A stretch of 64,000 nucleotides of DNA from NCBI GenBank assembly GCA_030770535.1, contig JASVEC010000015.1, positions 62,001-126,000 of the forward strand, given 5' to 3'. Shown in pieces: positions 16,007-28,541 of the stretch (within the stretch, counting starts at the first letter, position 1; each line of letters begins with the position of its first letter). This DNA comes from Batkoa obscura (lineage: Eukaryota). The position numbers were made by a program, and so were the translations under genes. The notes below the pieces were generated by a model. The model saw only the letters and a program-made list of their open reading frames with translations. It did no database searches and had not been told where the DNA came from.

Positions 16007-16201
16007 TGGTTTATTCACTAATATCTTGGTTTTAATGAAAAAGAGGATTTTAAAGGAAACTGGTCTGCACATTTGAAATAAAAATTCACACAATAGTTCT
16101 ATTTATGAAAAAAATGTTAGCCAATTTTTATATAAACAGACTTTTTTAATTTTCTTAACTTTTAACTTTCATAAAATTCAATTTATAAGTTACTTTTTTA
16201 A

Positions 16202-17107
16202 ATGGAGGATTATGACTTTCTTTTTTCAATCAACTATCTTATTATAGCTTTAGCATTTGTAGTTATTTTTTTAAACACATTTTTGATCTATTTCTGTTTT
16301 AAAGTGAGACCATTTTCGAAGGATTTGAAATTAATTGTAGCTGTAGCCTCAGTAGAACTTTGTGCACCATTAGTGACATCTATCGATTATATATATTACT
16401 TTATATATGACATAAAATTGATTAAAATTAATTTGGGTTGCCAAGTTCTGGGATTTATTATAACAAGTGCCTATTATTATGAGATTCAATTAAACGTATT
16501 TTTGGCTTTGGAAAGATTATGTAAAATATCTGAGATTAAATTATCAAAATACGTATATATGGCAATACATCTAAACGGATTAGGTTTTATTGGATTAGCA
16601 ATTTACAATGTATCACAACATTTAATGATACCATCTGCTACTGAAATAATATGTGTGCATCCCGTAGTAAACTCAACTATTGGGTTTGTCACGTACTATT
16701 ATTTAATATTTAGCTTTCTCTTTGGAATTATGATTATCACTTATTGCTATTATAAATTAGCTAGGAATATAACGAATAGACAAAAGTTTGTAGAAATTGA
16801 AATTAACTGTAATATAAATCGACCCAAAAGTAATGAAAATCATAAATTTAATATAGTTTTTATCAAATTATATACAATCTTAGCCATTTATACTACTTGT
16901 ATGTTTGGCTCGTTTTCATTCCACTTAATAGACAGTATTCTTCATTTTGTTTATGGTAAAGTAAACGCAACTATTCTTATTATAAATCAACTTGGTGAAA
17001 TCTTGTTTCTTGTTGGTATTTTGGCAAATTCAATTTTCTTTTTAATGCTACACACAGGTATTGCAAACGAAGTGAAGAAATTTTGTTCTAATATTAAATG
17101 TTGGTAA
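16202..17107 (+). CDS. 7TM class-A GPCR-like receptor, paralog 2
   Basis: Seven hydrophobic segments; TM3 Cys (LGCQ) plus ECL2 Cys; ERL at the DRY position; TM5 YCYYKL; TM7 ANSxxF in place of NPxxY. Confidence 0.85.
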   Translation: MEDYDFLFSINYLIIALAFVVIFLNTFLIYFCFKVRPFSKDLKLIVAVASVELCAPLVTSIDYIYYFIYDIKLIKINLGCQVLGFIITSAYYYEIQLNVFLALERLCKISEIKLSKYVYMAIHLNGLGFIGLAIYNVSQHLMIPSATEIICVHPVVNSTIGFVTYYYLIFSFLFGIMIITYCYYKLARNITNRQKFVEIEINCNINRPKSNENHKFNIVFIKLYTILAIYTTCMFGSFSFHLIDSILHFVYGKVNATILIINQLGEILFLVGILANSIFFLMLHTGIANEVKKFCSNIKCW

Positions 17108-17980
17108 TTGAATATAAAGTTTTGTAAATTTGATATTTTATTTCAATCAATAAAAAGATCATTTTTCTTCTACTTTTGGGTTGGGTTACATAGATTAGAC
17201 TCTATAAAGCTAAACTTCCTTAAGTCTAAAGCAGATGAAGCCAAATTAGTCAAATTTTTATCTCTTCTTTAACTCCTTTCTCTTCTCTGTTAGTTCCTAA
17301 CTCACTTACGATTTAGCTCCTTTATCCTTTTTCTTACCTCTGATAATAAACTACTTAGGAGTTTAACTCCTTCAAAATTTTATTTAAAAAAGATGTTTTT
17401 ATTTTACTACTTTACATAGTTTTTTAAAGGATATCTTTGGCAATATCAACTTGAGTTATGTATTGGATTACATCATTTAGTTAAGGCTCTACCATTTTTT
17501 CCGTCATAATCATATCTACTTAAGCAATTCTCCTTTCCCAAGATATTATAAAGTACTTTTTTTTTACTTACTAAATTAATATTCAAACATAAGATAAGTT
17601 TATTTATCATGTTTTGACTTTTTTTAAAAGTCTTGAATCCAATGAAGGACATGGGTTTTATTAAATTAAAAAATAAGGAGGAGAAAGCTGGTGGCCATTT
17701 GGGATGTGGATTTCTTTCTTTGGAGTTGCAATTAATTCTTAAGAATGATGGTTGAGTAACAGTTGACAACGCCATACGCTGTCCCACGAAGAGATTGAGC
17801 GTTAGTAAATCAGTATCCAGGTCTCAATCTGAATGTCCATATTGTGAATGGTAGATAATCTAGAGGACTAAGGATATTTTGAATCATTACTGTTAAAATT
17901 TCTTTGCAGCCTGTTCAAATATTTTTCTTGAGACAAATGTGATAAATTAAAAATATTGGACAAGTAAATTTAGTGCAATT

Positions 17981-17981
<1 letters not shown>

Positions 17982-18050
<69 letters not shown>
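17982..18050. repeat. (TAA)n microsatellite
   Basis: Direct reading, about 23 units. Confidence 0.95.
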
Positions 18051-18051
<1 letters not shown>

Positions 18052-19629
18052 TACTTTTATTTCTTTATATAATTTTATTAATAACTTTAGAGTAAATAAG
18101 TACATTCATTATATCAATCTTTTTTTTAAATCTCGAGCCCAGTTGAGTAAGTGTTTTATTAAATAGTTTATAGAAGTTGAAATCAATATATCAACTATTA
18201 TTAACAAAAATTAGATTAACTATTAATAATTATATAAAGGGTGATAAAAATTATAGTTTATTATACTTTTCTTTTAAACTAATAAAGTACAAGTCCTACA
18301 GCCTTTAAATTTAAGATAAAGAGGTTGAATGAGAGCCACTAAGGAAGTGTGTAGTCAAAACATGGGAGTAATTCACAGAAACAAGTGAACGAGTCCAAAT
18401 TTATTAAATTTTTATTTGTTACAGTTAAATTACAAAAATAATTTAATTTAAATTAGTTATTATTTGAAAAAGATATTGATTGAGGCTCAAAAATTGAGTT
18501 CTTTTGACAACACTAATAAGGAAATTTCTCATTAAAGACGATATAGTTATTAAAGTGTTATTAAGTTACAACTCACTCCGCTAAAAAATCCCATCAATTA
18601 TCAAACAATTTTTTTAATATTATATATGAAATAGCTTTTTTTTGATTTTTATTCTGTATAAAATTAAGCAAAATCATTAATAAGATATTGAAACAAAAAA
18701 CTTTTTTTTATGCAAAATTTTGAAGTAAAAGGCTCTCAAGTGTTTTATTGTTGAAAGAAGGTTGAAATATAATTAGTAATTAAAGTTACTGGGGAAGCAA
18801 TAGATAAATGTAAGAATAAGAATTAAGGGAAAGGTAAACTATTTCCACTTCTTTACATTGAAAACAATTACAATGTCAGGTGGGTTACCTGATACATAGC
18901 TGAAACATTTTAATATCTATGTTCTCTAATATTTTTTAATTCTTAAATCACATCCCTTATTATTAGTGTATAATCAAATTAAAAATAAATTGGGTGTTAA
19001 CTAAATAAAATATAAAAATTAATTTATAGTCATCAAACTTGTTTAAAAGGTTCATTATTCAATTTATGGAGTATTTTCAAGTATGTAGTAAGGTGAGTTT
19101 ACAACATTGAATATAATATTAACCTCTATTTAAAAAACTTAAAAAAACTTTAACAAGCTACAAGTGTTAGGTAAATAATTAACAAGATTGTTTAAATTTC
19201 TCATTTGTCATTTAAGTGGCGCATTTGAAAGCTATTCCTAAAAATTATCATTTAATTAATGTTTTATTGGCTTTTTATTCAAACAAATTCTCAAGTTTGA
19301 TCTCATATTTAACAAAAAATGCCTTTGTTATGCATGATAGCATGACACCTTTAAATATTATACTTTTATTCTTTATGTTATTATCAAATTTGACTATTCC
19401 TTTCTATTTTTACTAAACTTACTATATTAAGTGGTTTACCCACCAATATTTGGAAATTTGAATGGAAAAAGTGCTTCTAATAGAAATTGGTGTGCGCTTT
19501 TTATCAAACTTTAGACAATAGTTCTATTTATAAAGCGAAGCTTAATTATAGTCAATTTTTATATAAATAGGCTTATATAACTTTTTACTTTAAACTTTTC
19601 TAAAATTAAATTTTAGCTTAATTTTTTAA

Positions 19630-20541
19630 ATGGAGGATTATGACTCTCTTTTTTCAATCAACTACTTCATCATAGCTTTGGCATTCGTAGCTGTATTCTT
19701 AAATACATTTCTAATCTTTTTCTGTTTTAAAGTAAGACCGTTAGGAGCAGATTTGAAATTGATTATAGCGGTAGCCTCAGTAGAACTTTGTGCACCATTA
19801 GTAACATCTATTGATTATTTATACTACTTTATACACGGTATTAAACTTATCAAAACTGAAATGGGTTGTCAAGTGCTTGGATTTATTATAACAGGAGCTT
19901 ATTATTATGAGGTTCAAATTAATGTGTTTTTAGCTTTAGAAAGGTTGTGTAAAATATCCGAAATGAAATTATCAAAATATGTATACATAATAATTCATAC
20001 AAATGGATTAATTTATGTTGGATTAGCTATATATTGTGTATCACAACATTTAATGATACCATCTGCTACTGAATTGATATGTATGTATCCTGTAGTAAAC
20101 TCAACTATTGGATTGATCACCTATTACTATTTAATATTTAGTTTTCTCTTTGGAATCATGATTATCACTTATTGCTATTATAAATTAGCTAGGAATATAA
20201 CTAAGATGAAAGAATTCGTACAACTTGAAATGAACTCTAACTCTAATATAAATAGGCCTAAAAGTGATAGAAAGTCCAGATATAATATAGTATTTATCAA
20301 GCTATATACAATTTTGGCCATTTATACTACTTGTATGTTTGGCTCCTTTTTATTTCATTTACTAGATAGTATCCTTCATTTTGTTTATGGAAAAGTAAAC
20401 GCAACTATCCTTATTATGAATCAACTTGCTGAAATTTTATTCCTTGTTGGTATTCTGGCAAACTCAAGCTTCTTCCTAATGTTACATACGGGTATTGCGA
20501 ACGAAGTTAAAAAGTTTTATACTAAAGTCAGATGCTGGTAG
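19630..20541 (+). CDS. 7TM class-A GPCR-like receptor, paralog 3
   Basis: Same motifs as paralog 2; highly similar protein. Confidence 0.85.
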   Translation: MEDYDSLFSINYFIIALAFVAVFLNTFLIFFCFKVRPLGADLKLIIAVASVELCAPLVTSIDYLYYFIHGIKLIKTEMGCQVLGFIITGAYYYEVQINVFLALERLCKISEMKLSKYVYIIIHTNGLIYVGLAIYCVSQHLMIPSATELICMYPVVNSTIGLITYYYLIFSFLFGIMIITYCYYKLARNITKMKEFVQLEMNSNSNINRPKSDRKSRYNIVFIKLYTILAIYTTCMFGSFLFHLLDSILHFVYGKVNATILIMNQLAEILFLVGILANSSFFLMLHTGIANEVKKFYTKVRCW

Positions 20542-21712
20542 CTTAGTGAATAGTCCATATGAATTTGCTGTTTTATCTCAATTAATAAAAAAAAGTCCTT
20601 TTGTTTCACTATTTATTGTTTTAACAGAAATCTTTAACATCAACTTAGACTACATAGCTAATTACATCACTTAGCCAAGAACCTATTGTTTTTTCCACCT
20701 CACTCCACTTATTATAAAACTATTCTTCTTTCCCAAGATGTTATAAAGTACCTTTTTATTTATACTAATAAATTAATATTCAACTATAAGGAAAGTCTAT
20801 TCTTTATACTTTCTGTTTATAATGCTTTTTAATATTTTATTACTTATATGATGTTTTTTAATAATAGATTGTTATTAATCTGTGGGAATAATTGAAATTT
20901 TATAAATAGGTAATCATGATGTAATAAATTAAAAGGAAAAACAATATTGAACTTAATACTAAAAGTACGAATTTTAAAGGAGAGATACAATGAATTATTA
21001 AAACTTATATAAGTATTATAGAAGTTCCACGAACATAGAAAAAATATCATTCTACAATATGGTACTCTCATGGTTTAATAGCTATACTTGACAAAAGCAA
21101 CTGATATCTTATTTAAATTAAACAATATTTATAATATTTTTGGTAGCGTCTTCAAAGCTTCAACTATCTAACATTTTTGGTAAAAATAATTGTAATCTCA
21201 TTTTTTTATTACTTTTTTTATAAAGATAATTAAACTTTTGTATAAATGCTATAACATAATAAATTGGTTCCCTTTTTCAAATAAGAACACTAAATTACAT
21301 TAAGCTAAATTTAAATTCCAAATAAAGTAATAAATCTCATTTTTATGAGCTATGAAATTTAGTAAGCTTTAAAAATGATAAAAATAATAGCTTTATTTTA
21401 AAATATATGGCCATTTGTTATACTAAACTTTGTAATGCTAATACTCTATTTTTAATAATAATAACCAATTTGTATATTAACCTAATAACTTTAATGGAGT
21501 ATATCAAGTAGATTTTAGTAAATAATATTAAATAAAACCAAAATCAATAGAACTATTAGTATTAGACCTTAATATTTTATTTCCCATATTTGTTAGAGGA
21601 ACACATAAAGAACAAGATATACAGGCTTTTGTATCATTACTATAATAAGTACTAGTATTAGTCTTTCAGATACAAATAAGAGTTGCCTTCTATCTTTTAA
21701 AATTATATTAAG

Positions 21713-22617
21713 ATGAGTCAATCTGGATTCTTTGCATTTCTAAGTATTGCTACTATAGCCTTAATTGCCATTACTATACTACTAAATGCTTTTTTGATTT
21801 ATTTGTCTTCACGCATTAAGTCATTAACAAAAGACTTAAAATTGATTATTGCTATAGCATCTGTAGAGTACCTTGTGCCAATAGTAGTAACAATAAATAT
21901 GATTTATTCTGCTGTAAAGAAGGAAAGCTTACTAGATATTGGGTTGGGTTGCCAAATCCTTGGTTTTTTACTACAGCAGCTTATTACTATGAGATCCAAT
22001 TAAGTGTGTCTTTAGTCATAGAAAGGATATGTAAAGTCTTAAATATTAAATTATCAAAATATATACGTCCAGTAGTACATATAAATGGATTAATTTATAC
22101 AGTCTTAATGATTTTATGTGCATCGCAACATTTAATGGAGGCATCTAGTTCTAAATTAATATGTATATATCCAGTAGTTTATTCAATCATTGGATTAATT
22201 GCATATTATTATTTGCTTTCTAGTTTTACTATTGGGATTTCTGTGATATCTTATTGTTATTATAGATTAGCTAAGGATATTACTGATATGAAAAATTTCG
22301 TTGAAATTAAAATATCTCCAAATCCATCCAAACTTAAAGATGACAAGCTCTCTTCTTACAAGCTAATCTCTATTAAATTATACACTATTTTGATTATATA
22401 CTCTACTTGTATGTTTGGATCTATTTTGCTTTATTTTTTTGCTGGAATTTTTCAGTACGTCTATGGAGAAGTGAATGTGACTATCCTTGTTATGAACCAG
22501 CTCGCAGAAACTTTGTTTCTTATTGGTATTTTAGCAAACTCAGGTTTACTTCTGGTATTACATAGAGGTATTGAAAATGAAGCAAAGAAAGTTTATACTT
22601 ATATTAAATGTTGGTAG
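21713..22617 (+). pseudogene. 7TM receptor paralog 4, split by a 1-nt frameshift (pseudogene or homopolymer sequencing error)
   Basis: ORFs 21713-22003 and 21949-22617 join into one full-length paralog if one T is added to the T6 run at 21964-21969 (GGT TTT TTT ACT ACA GCA GCT TAT TAC TAT GAG). Confidence 0.75.
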
Positions 22618-24376
22618 CCAATATAAAGATATTCAATTTTTATTACTATGATAAAAACATAATTTTCCTTTTAATATTCAATATTTAATTAAACCTAATC
22701 ACATTTGTTAAAAATAATCCTAACTTTACTTTGGAGCTTTTACTTGAGACATTTTGATTTTTTCATACCCTATACTCACAACAATACAATTGTTTTTACT
22801 AGATATAAATGTTAGGCTTAGAGTACTGAATGTTTCAATATATATATAATTAGATCATGATTTCTAATCAATTATATATCAATTGGGTCAGTTTTTTAAA
22901 ATTCAATACCCAAAGGATTAACTCAATTTAAACCATGTAAGCATTTTCATTCATAGTACTCAAGAGGTTAAAAAAAGTAGTTATTGGCTTATGAAAATGT
23001 ACAAAACAGGGGAGTAGTCTACGAAAACAAGCTGGGAACTTACCCAAACTATTATCGTATTTTGTGAACTTGTGAAAATCGTAATCTGGACTATTTACTT
23101 ATTTAGTAATGTGTAACATATCTTTATTTATACACTTATTATTGTTACCTGAAAAACTAAAGTTATTGTAGGATAATTTATACAATTGCTGAAGTTCTAT
23201 TGCAATCTAATTAACTGTTCATTTAGAATAAATTTTTGCTAAAATCTAAAGATTAGACAATAAAAATAGATAAATGAATAACCAATTCTATAAATATTGT
23301 CGCAAGTTAGGTCACAATAAAGTTGCAACAATTGTATTTAAGTAGATAAGAATTTAATTTAATTTTTTTTAGTTTGATTCAGACTTAATTTTACAAAAAT
23401 CATACTAAGATTTTTTATTTTGTTTTGTTATTTTGTATTTCCTTTATATAACATGAAACTTAAATTTTACTAAAAATGGAAATAAAAGAACAATTAATAG
23501 ATAAGGTTATTTAACATTAAAGGTTAGTTATTTTTATAGTATTTAGATCAATTTGCCAATCCGAATAATTAACACTGAAAGAAATTGAGTCTTGGATTTA
23601 AGTCGTTCTATATTGCTATTAAGTTTTTCATAAAATACTGTACCTCCATTTATCAAGAAAAAGCAATGAAGCTACTGATTATAATTTTAATTTTTGTAAG
23701 TTTTAAAGAAACAATTTGTGATAAAATGAAAAATGATGATAAATAAAGTAAAAATATCTTATTATTGTGATCTTTGACTTTTACCATTCAATATTTCTCT
23801 TAAAAAGTCAAGAAACTTTCAGAACAACTCCATATAGCTTACATTGGAGGACGGAGCTGTCAACCACTATTTAATCAAAATAATCTAAAATAAGGTCAAT
23901 TATAAAATTCAATAAAATCTTTATTTATAGCAATATTGCCTAATACTTCCTATTGCTTAAGTACCACTTGTTTTTGACTTTTTCCAGAATTGTTCCTTGC
24001 TTTACATTTTATTGGCTTCTATTTTGAAACAGTTCTTTACATTGCCAATTTTTATTTGAAACTGAAATCATTATTGTAGATGATAGCATGAAGCCTTAAA
24101 GTATTGTAGCTTTATTATGTATATTACTATCAAATTTTAATAAAGGATCTGTTGTTTAACATATTTGCTACATAACTAGCTTGTTTACGTAAAAAGACCT
24201 TTAAAATTTAATCAAAAATAGAATATTATAGGAAATTCAGGTGCATTGATATTTAAAAAACAAGAATTTTTCTTCTTTTAAACTTTAAGCTATAGTTGAT
24301 TATTATATAAATAGATTAATTTAATTTTTTTTTCAATTTTTTTTAGAACTATTAGTTTTTACAACCTGTTTATTAA

Positions 24377-25291
24377 ATGGAAGATTATGATTCTCTTTTT
24401 TCAATCAATTACCTTATCATAGGTCTAGCCTTCTTAGCAGTAATTCTAAACAGCTTTCTAATTTATATCTGTTTACATGTTAAGCCATTAACAAAAGATT
24501 TAAAATTAATAATAGCAGTAGCCATGGTAGAATTTTGTGCCCCATTAGTGATATCCTTAGATTATTTATATTACTTTATAGAAGGTATAAAACTTATTGA
24601 TACTAAGATAGGCTGCCAAGTACTCGGATTCATTATAACAATTGCCTATTATTATGAAATTCAAATAAATGTATTTTTAGCTTTAGAAAGGTTGTGTAAA
24701 ATCTCGGAAATTGAGTTACCAAAGTATGTATATTTGATAATTCATCTAAATGGATTAAGCTTTATTGGGTTAGGAATCTACTGTGTATCACAGCATTTAA
24801 TGGTACCGTCAGCCACACAACTAGTATGTATGTATCCAGTACTAAATTCAATTGTTGGAGCAGTTACTTATTTTTATTTAATTTTTAGCTTTTTCTTTGG
24901 GATTATAATAATCTCATATTGCTATTATAAATTAGCTAGAAGTATAACAAATATGAAAAAATTTGTAGAAATTGAAATGAATTGTAATTCAAACCGAGTT
25001 AAAAGTAGTAGAAATACCAAATATAATGTAGTTTTTATTAAGTTATATACGATTTTAGCTATCTATACTACTTGTATGTTCGGTTCCTTTTTATTTCATT
25101 TGTTAGATGGTGTATTTCATTATGTCTTTGGTAAAGTAAATGGCACTATTCTTATTATGAATCAACTTGCTGAGATACTATTTCTTATTGGTATATTAGC
25201 AAACTCAAGTTTCTTTCTAATATTGCATACTGGTATTGCAAAAGAAGTGAAGAAGTTTTATATTAGTATTATGATGTTTTTTCATAAATAA
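24377..25291 (+). CDS. 7TM class-A GPCR-like receptor, paralog 5
   Basis: Same motifs (GCQVLG, LALERL, YCYYKL, ILANSS). Confidence 0.85.
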   Translation: MEDYDSLFSINYLIIGLAFLAVILNSFLIYICLHVKPLTKDLKLIIAVAMVEFCAPLVISLDYLYYFIEGIKLIDTKIGCQVLGFIITIAYYYEIQINVFLALERLCKISEIELPKYVYLIIHLNGLSFIGLGIYCVSQHLMVPSATQLVCMYPVLNSIVGAVTYFYLIFSFFFGIIIISYCYYKLARSITNMKKFVEIEMNCNSNRVKSSRNTKYNVVFIKLYTILAIYTTCMFGSFLFHLLDGVFHYVFGKVNGTILIMNQLAEILFLIGILANSSFFLILHTGIAKEVKKFYISIMMFFHK

Positions 25292-25386
25292 TCATCTAAT
25301 TTTTCAAAGAAAAAAAATAAGCAAGTTTCAATTATAATATCAATTTTTGTTTTATATTTTTAATAAAATATCTTTTTTGATTATAT

Positions 25387-25485
25387 GGGAATGTATTTTT
25401 GTGTTTAAGAATTTTGCTAATAAATTTTCCTCTCAAATAGTGCTTAAAAAATGGAAAAAGTAATGAAGTCAAAAAAAACACCCCC
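25387..25485 (+). mobile_element. MITE family A copy
   Basis: ATAT|GGGAATGT...ACACCCCC|ATAT. Confidence 0.93.
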
Positions 25486-25703
25486 ATATATATTGTTTAT
25501 TTGAAAAAAAATTCAAAAATGGTTGAATATCCCAAATCTATTTTTAACATTTTAGACTTGCCCAAAAAAATAAAAAGGATTTTAATATGACTTAATAAAA
25601 CAACTAATTATTTTTATTTTAATGTTTTTTAAAGTAATATTGAAGTTTAAAATATAAAATTTAATAATAATAATAAAACTATTTATATTTTTATTTCATT
25701 AAT

Positions 25704-26945
25704 TCAATAACGGATGCTTTGACAAGCTTCAAGTAATTCTGCATTATAATCTGTAGTTAAATCCCAATTCATGACCCCACGAAGACCCATTTTTTTAGCA
25801 TAATCTACTTTAATTTGGATAGATTTTGGATCATCATAACTAATAAATTTCTTGGTTTTCTTATTAAATAACCAAGGTGTTTGAGTTTTATGATCAAAAT
25901 ATCTTTCATAACCTGAAGAAGAACATGGAGTAAATGGATCTTTCTTTAAAATATCTTGACGTAAATTTTTATATTGATAATAACCACCATAAGCTAATGG
26001 AGCTGGACATAATTTACTTACTTCTTTAACATCTGAAGCATCTCCTTGTGGAATTACACTTTCTGCTGGATGAACTAAAGTATTGGAATTTCTAGTTATA
26101 TCTCTTAATGTAGTTTTAGCTCGTCCATAAAAAGCTAAACCACCACAAAGTTTATTGAGTGGGAAACCAGCTTTATTCCATGCCTCAATTGAAGAGGCAA
26201 ATGATCCTTGATCATTAATAGAATACAATGGGGCATTAGGACCAGTACTATTACCACCATTACTAATATCATAAGCCATAATATTAATAAAATCAAAATA
26301 TTTAGCAAATTCACTAACATCATTCATTGGTTTACCATCAGGTCCATCAAATGGTTCTACTCTTACTGCAGCAGTTAGTAATTTTCGATTATGTGGGAAT
26401 TCTTTATCTAATGCACATCTTAATTCCTTTAACAATTCTAAATAATTTTTAGAATCCTCTTTTGAATAAATATTACACAAATCTCCTTTTCTTCCTGGAT
26501 ACTCCCAATCAATATCAATTCCATCTAAATCCCATTCTGTTTGTTCAGCATCTTCTTTTTTAGTATTCTTTCTTAAAAATTTTATAGCATTATTAATGAA
26601 AGATGTACGGTATTCTTTTTTAGTTACTATCTTAGAAAAAGTTTGGCTTCCAGTCCATCCACCTAATGAGATCAAGGTCTTTACATTATGTTGTTTAGCC
26701 AATTTAGTCAAATTACGTAAGTGTGGACCATCATAATAAATATCAAAGCCGATATCGGTTAAATTGGTTAGCTTTGTTAAAGTACCAAAAGCATAATTAA
26801 TATGAGTTAATTTATTGTATTGAATTTGATCAGGTGTCATCTTTCCCCAAGGTACATAGTAACCTAATACCACTTTATCATTACCATTACATAAGACTTG
26901 AGTAGTCAAGGTTAGCAATCCTAACAATAGAGTATTGAATTGCAT
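25704..26945 (-). CDS. Secreted GH18 chitinase (chitinase D)
   Basis: Signal peptide, SLGGW, DGIDIDWEYP, MAYD, SYDD. Confidence 0.95.
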   Translation of the reverse strand: MQFNTLLLGLLTLTTQVLCNGNDKVVLGYYVPWGKMTPDQIQYNKLTHINYAFGTLTKLTNLTDIGFDIYYDGPHLRNLTKLAKQHNVKTLISLGGWTGSQTFSKIVTKKEYRTSFINNAIKFLRKNTKKEDAEQTEWDLDGIDIDWEYPGRKGDLCNIYSKEDSKNYLELLKELRCALDKEFPHNRKLLTAAVRVEPFDGPDGKPMNDVSEFAKYFDFINIMAYDISNGGNSTGPNAPLYSINDQGSFASSIEAWNKAGFPLNKLCGGLAFYGRAKTTLRDITRNSNTLVHPAESVIPQGDASDVKEVSKLCPAPLAYGGYYQYKNLRQDILKKDPFTPCSSSGYERYFDHKTQTPWLFNKKTKKFISYDDPKSIQIKVDYAKKMGLRGVMNWDLTTDYNAELLEACQSIRY

Positions 26946-27549
26946 GTTATTTTATTAAAAATTATTAAATTATTTAGATCAACTAAAAGAAATAAAAAAA
27001 TTAGTCTTTTTTATTTTATTGATTATAGTTGTTTATAGTTTTATATACTATTTTTTTTGTTTATTTATTTCAGTTGAATGTTCTATTATTTTTAATAAAT
27101 TTTTATAATTTTCTTCAATGTAATTACTATAAATGGTAATTAATCAATGAAGTTCAAGTGAGTTTGTTTGATCTATAAAAATTAAATATTCATATTTCAA
27201 CTTCCATATTGTTTAATGTTTATTATCACCAATAATTAGCCAATTAATCAAATTTTGCAAATAGAATAAATTTATTAACTTCTTGGCTTATTATGAAAAA
27301 GGTGATATATAATAAATTTAATCTATTATTTAATAAATTTATTAGTAAACTTATTACTATTATCATTATTTTTAAATTTAAAATAGATAATAACTAGTTG
27401 ATATCTCCTTTTTTATATAGTTTATAGAAATTTTAGATGATATTATAACACTAATAAATATTTAATTTTAATTTTATTTTATTTATTGAATTATATCAAT
27501 GTTATTAAATAAAACAAAATAGATTAATAATTAAAATCAAACAAAATAT

Positions 27550-27648
27550 GGGGATGTATTTTAATGTTTAAGAGTTTTACTAACAAATTTTCCGCTTAAA
27601 CAGCGCTTAAAAAATGGAAAAAATAATGAAGTCAAAAAAAACACTCCC
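27550..27648 (+). mobile_element. MITE family A copy
   Basis: ATAT|GGGGATGT...ACACTCCC|ATAT. Confidence 0.93.
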
Positions 27649-28115
27649 ATATAATATATTTTATCATAGCTATTTGATAGTATTTGTAGCATATCCTAAC
27701 TTTTTCATTTTCTCTATTTCTTTTGTATTCATAAATCATAATGTTTATAATTAAACATGAAAAATTAATTATTATAAAAAGTTATTTTTTATTTTGTTTA
27801 TTAAAATATTAAATAAGGTAAAAAAATAGAATAAGAACTTTAGATTTTATTTTTCTGTTTTTCTATTTTTCTATCATTCTTATTTATTTTCTATAGTTTA
27901 CTATTCATATATTATTTTCACCCTCAATTTATTAAAAGCTTTAAAAACTTACTAAATATAGAAATATCAATAATTTAAAGTTATTTAATATAATGAAAAC
28001 AATCAATTTAATTAATCGTTATGAGTGAATGTTCTGAGTATAAAATCTATAACAGATCGTTCTTCTTTATTATATTTTTAAATAATTTAATATCAAATTT
28101 AAATATTTTATAAAC

Positions 28116-28541
28116 ATGAAATTCACTTCAACTTTAACTCTGGGAGTATTATTAGCCTCAACAACAATTGAAGCTGTGCATATCGGTGGATGGTTTAAAA
28201 ATGCATTAGGATTAATTCCAGGGTCATTAACTAAATCAAGTGGCAGTGAAGTCGATAATGCCAAGAATTTTATTAATGAATGGGATGGTAAAAAAGATAT
28301 TCAAGGAAAAGAATTTCGTATGAGACATTATCGAAAGTATTATAAAAAGAAAGATCCATTTACTCCAATATTTGTTAATAATAATTCTTATCATTCCATT
28401 GCTGGTACTTATGTTCAAAGAGATTGTAATGGAAATGCTGTTGATACAAATAAAGTGAAGGAAACTTTAAATAAATCCTTATTAGATGCTAAAATCTATG
28501 TTATTCGTTGTGGTGGTAACGTATCTACTGAATCTATGTAA
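28116..28541 (+). CDS. Small secreted protein of unknown function (141 aa, 2 Cys)
   Basis: Signal peptide MKFTSTLTLGVLLASTTIEA; TATAAA ~75 bp upstream; coding-like composition. Confidence 0.7.
   Translation: MKFTSTLTLGVLLASTTIEAVHIGGWFKNALGLIPGSLTKSSGSEVDNAKNFINEWDGKKDIQGKEFRMRHYRKYYKKKDPFTPIFVNNNSYHSIAGTYVQRDCNGNAVDTNKVKETLNKSLLDAKIYVIRCGGNVSTESM

Noticed and set aside
19216..19416. 66-aa ORF upstream of receptor paralog 3
   Set aside because: Non-ATG start; the homologous block at 15380-15570 has indels relative to it, so it is treated as duplicated non-coding DNA.
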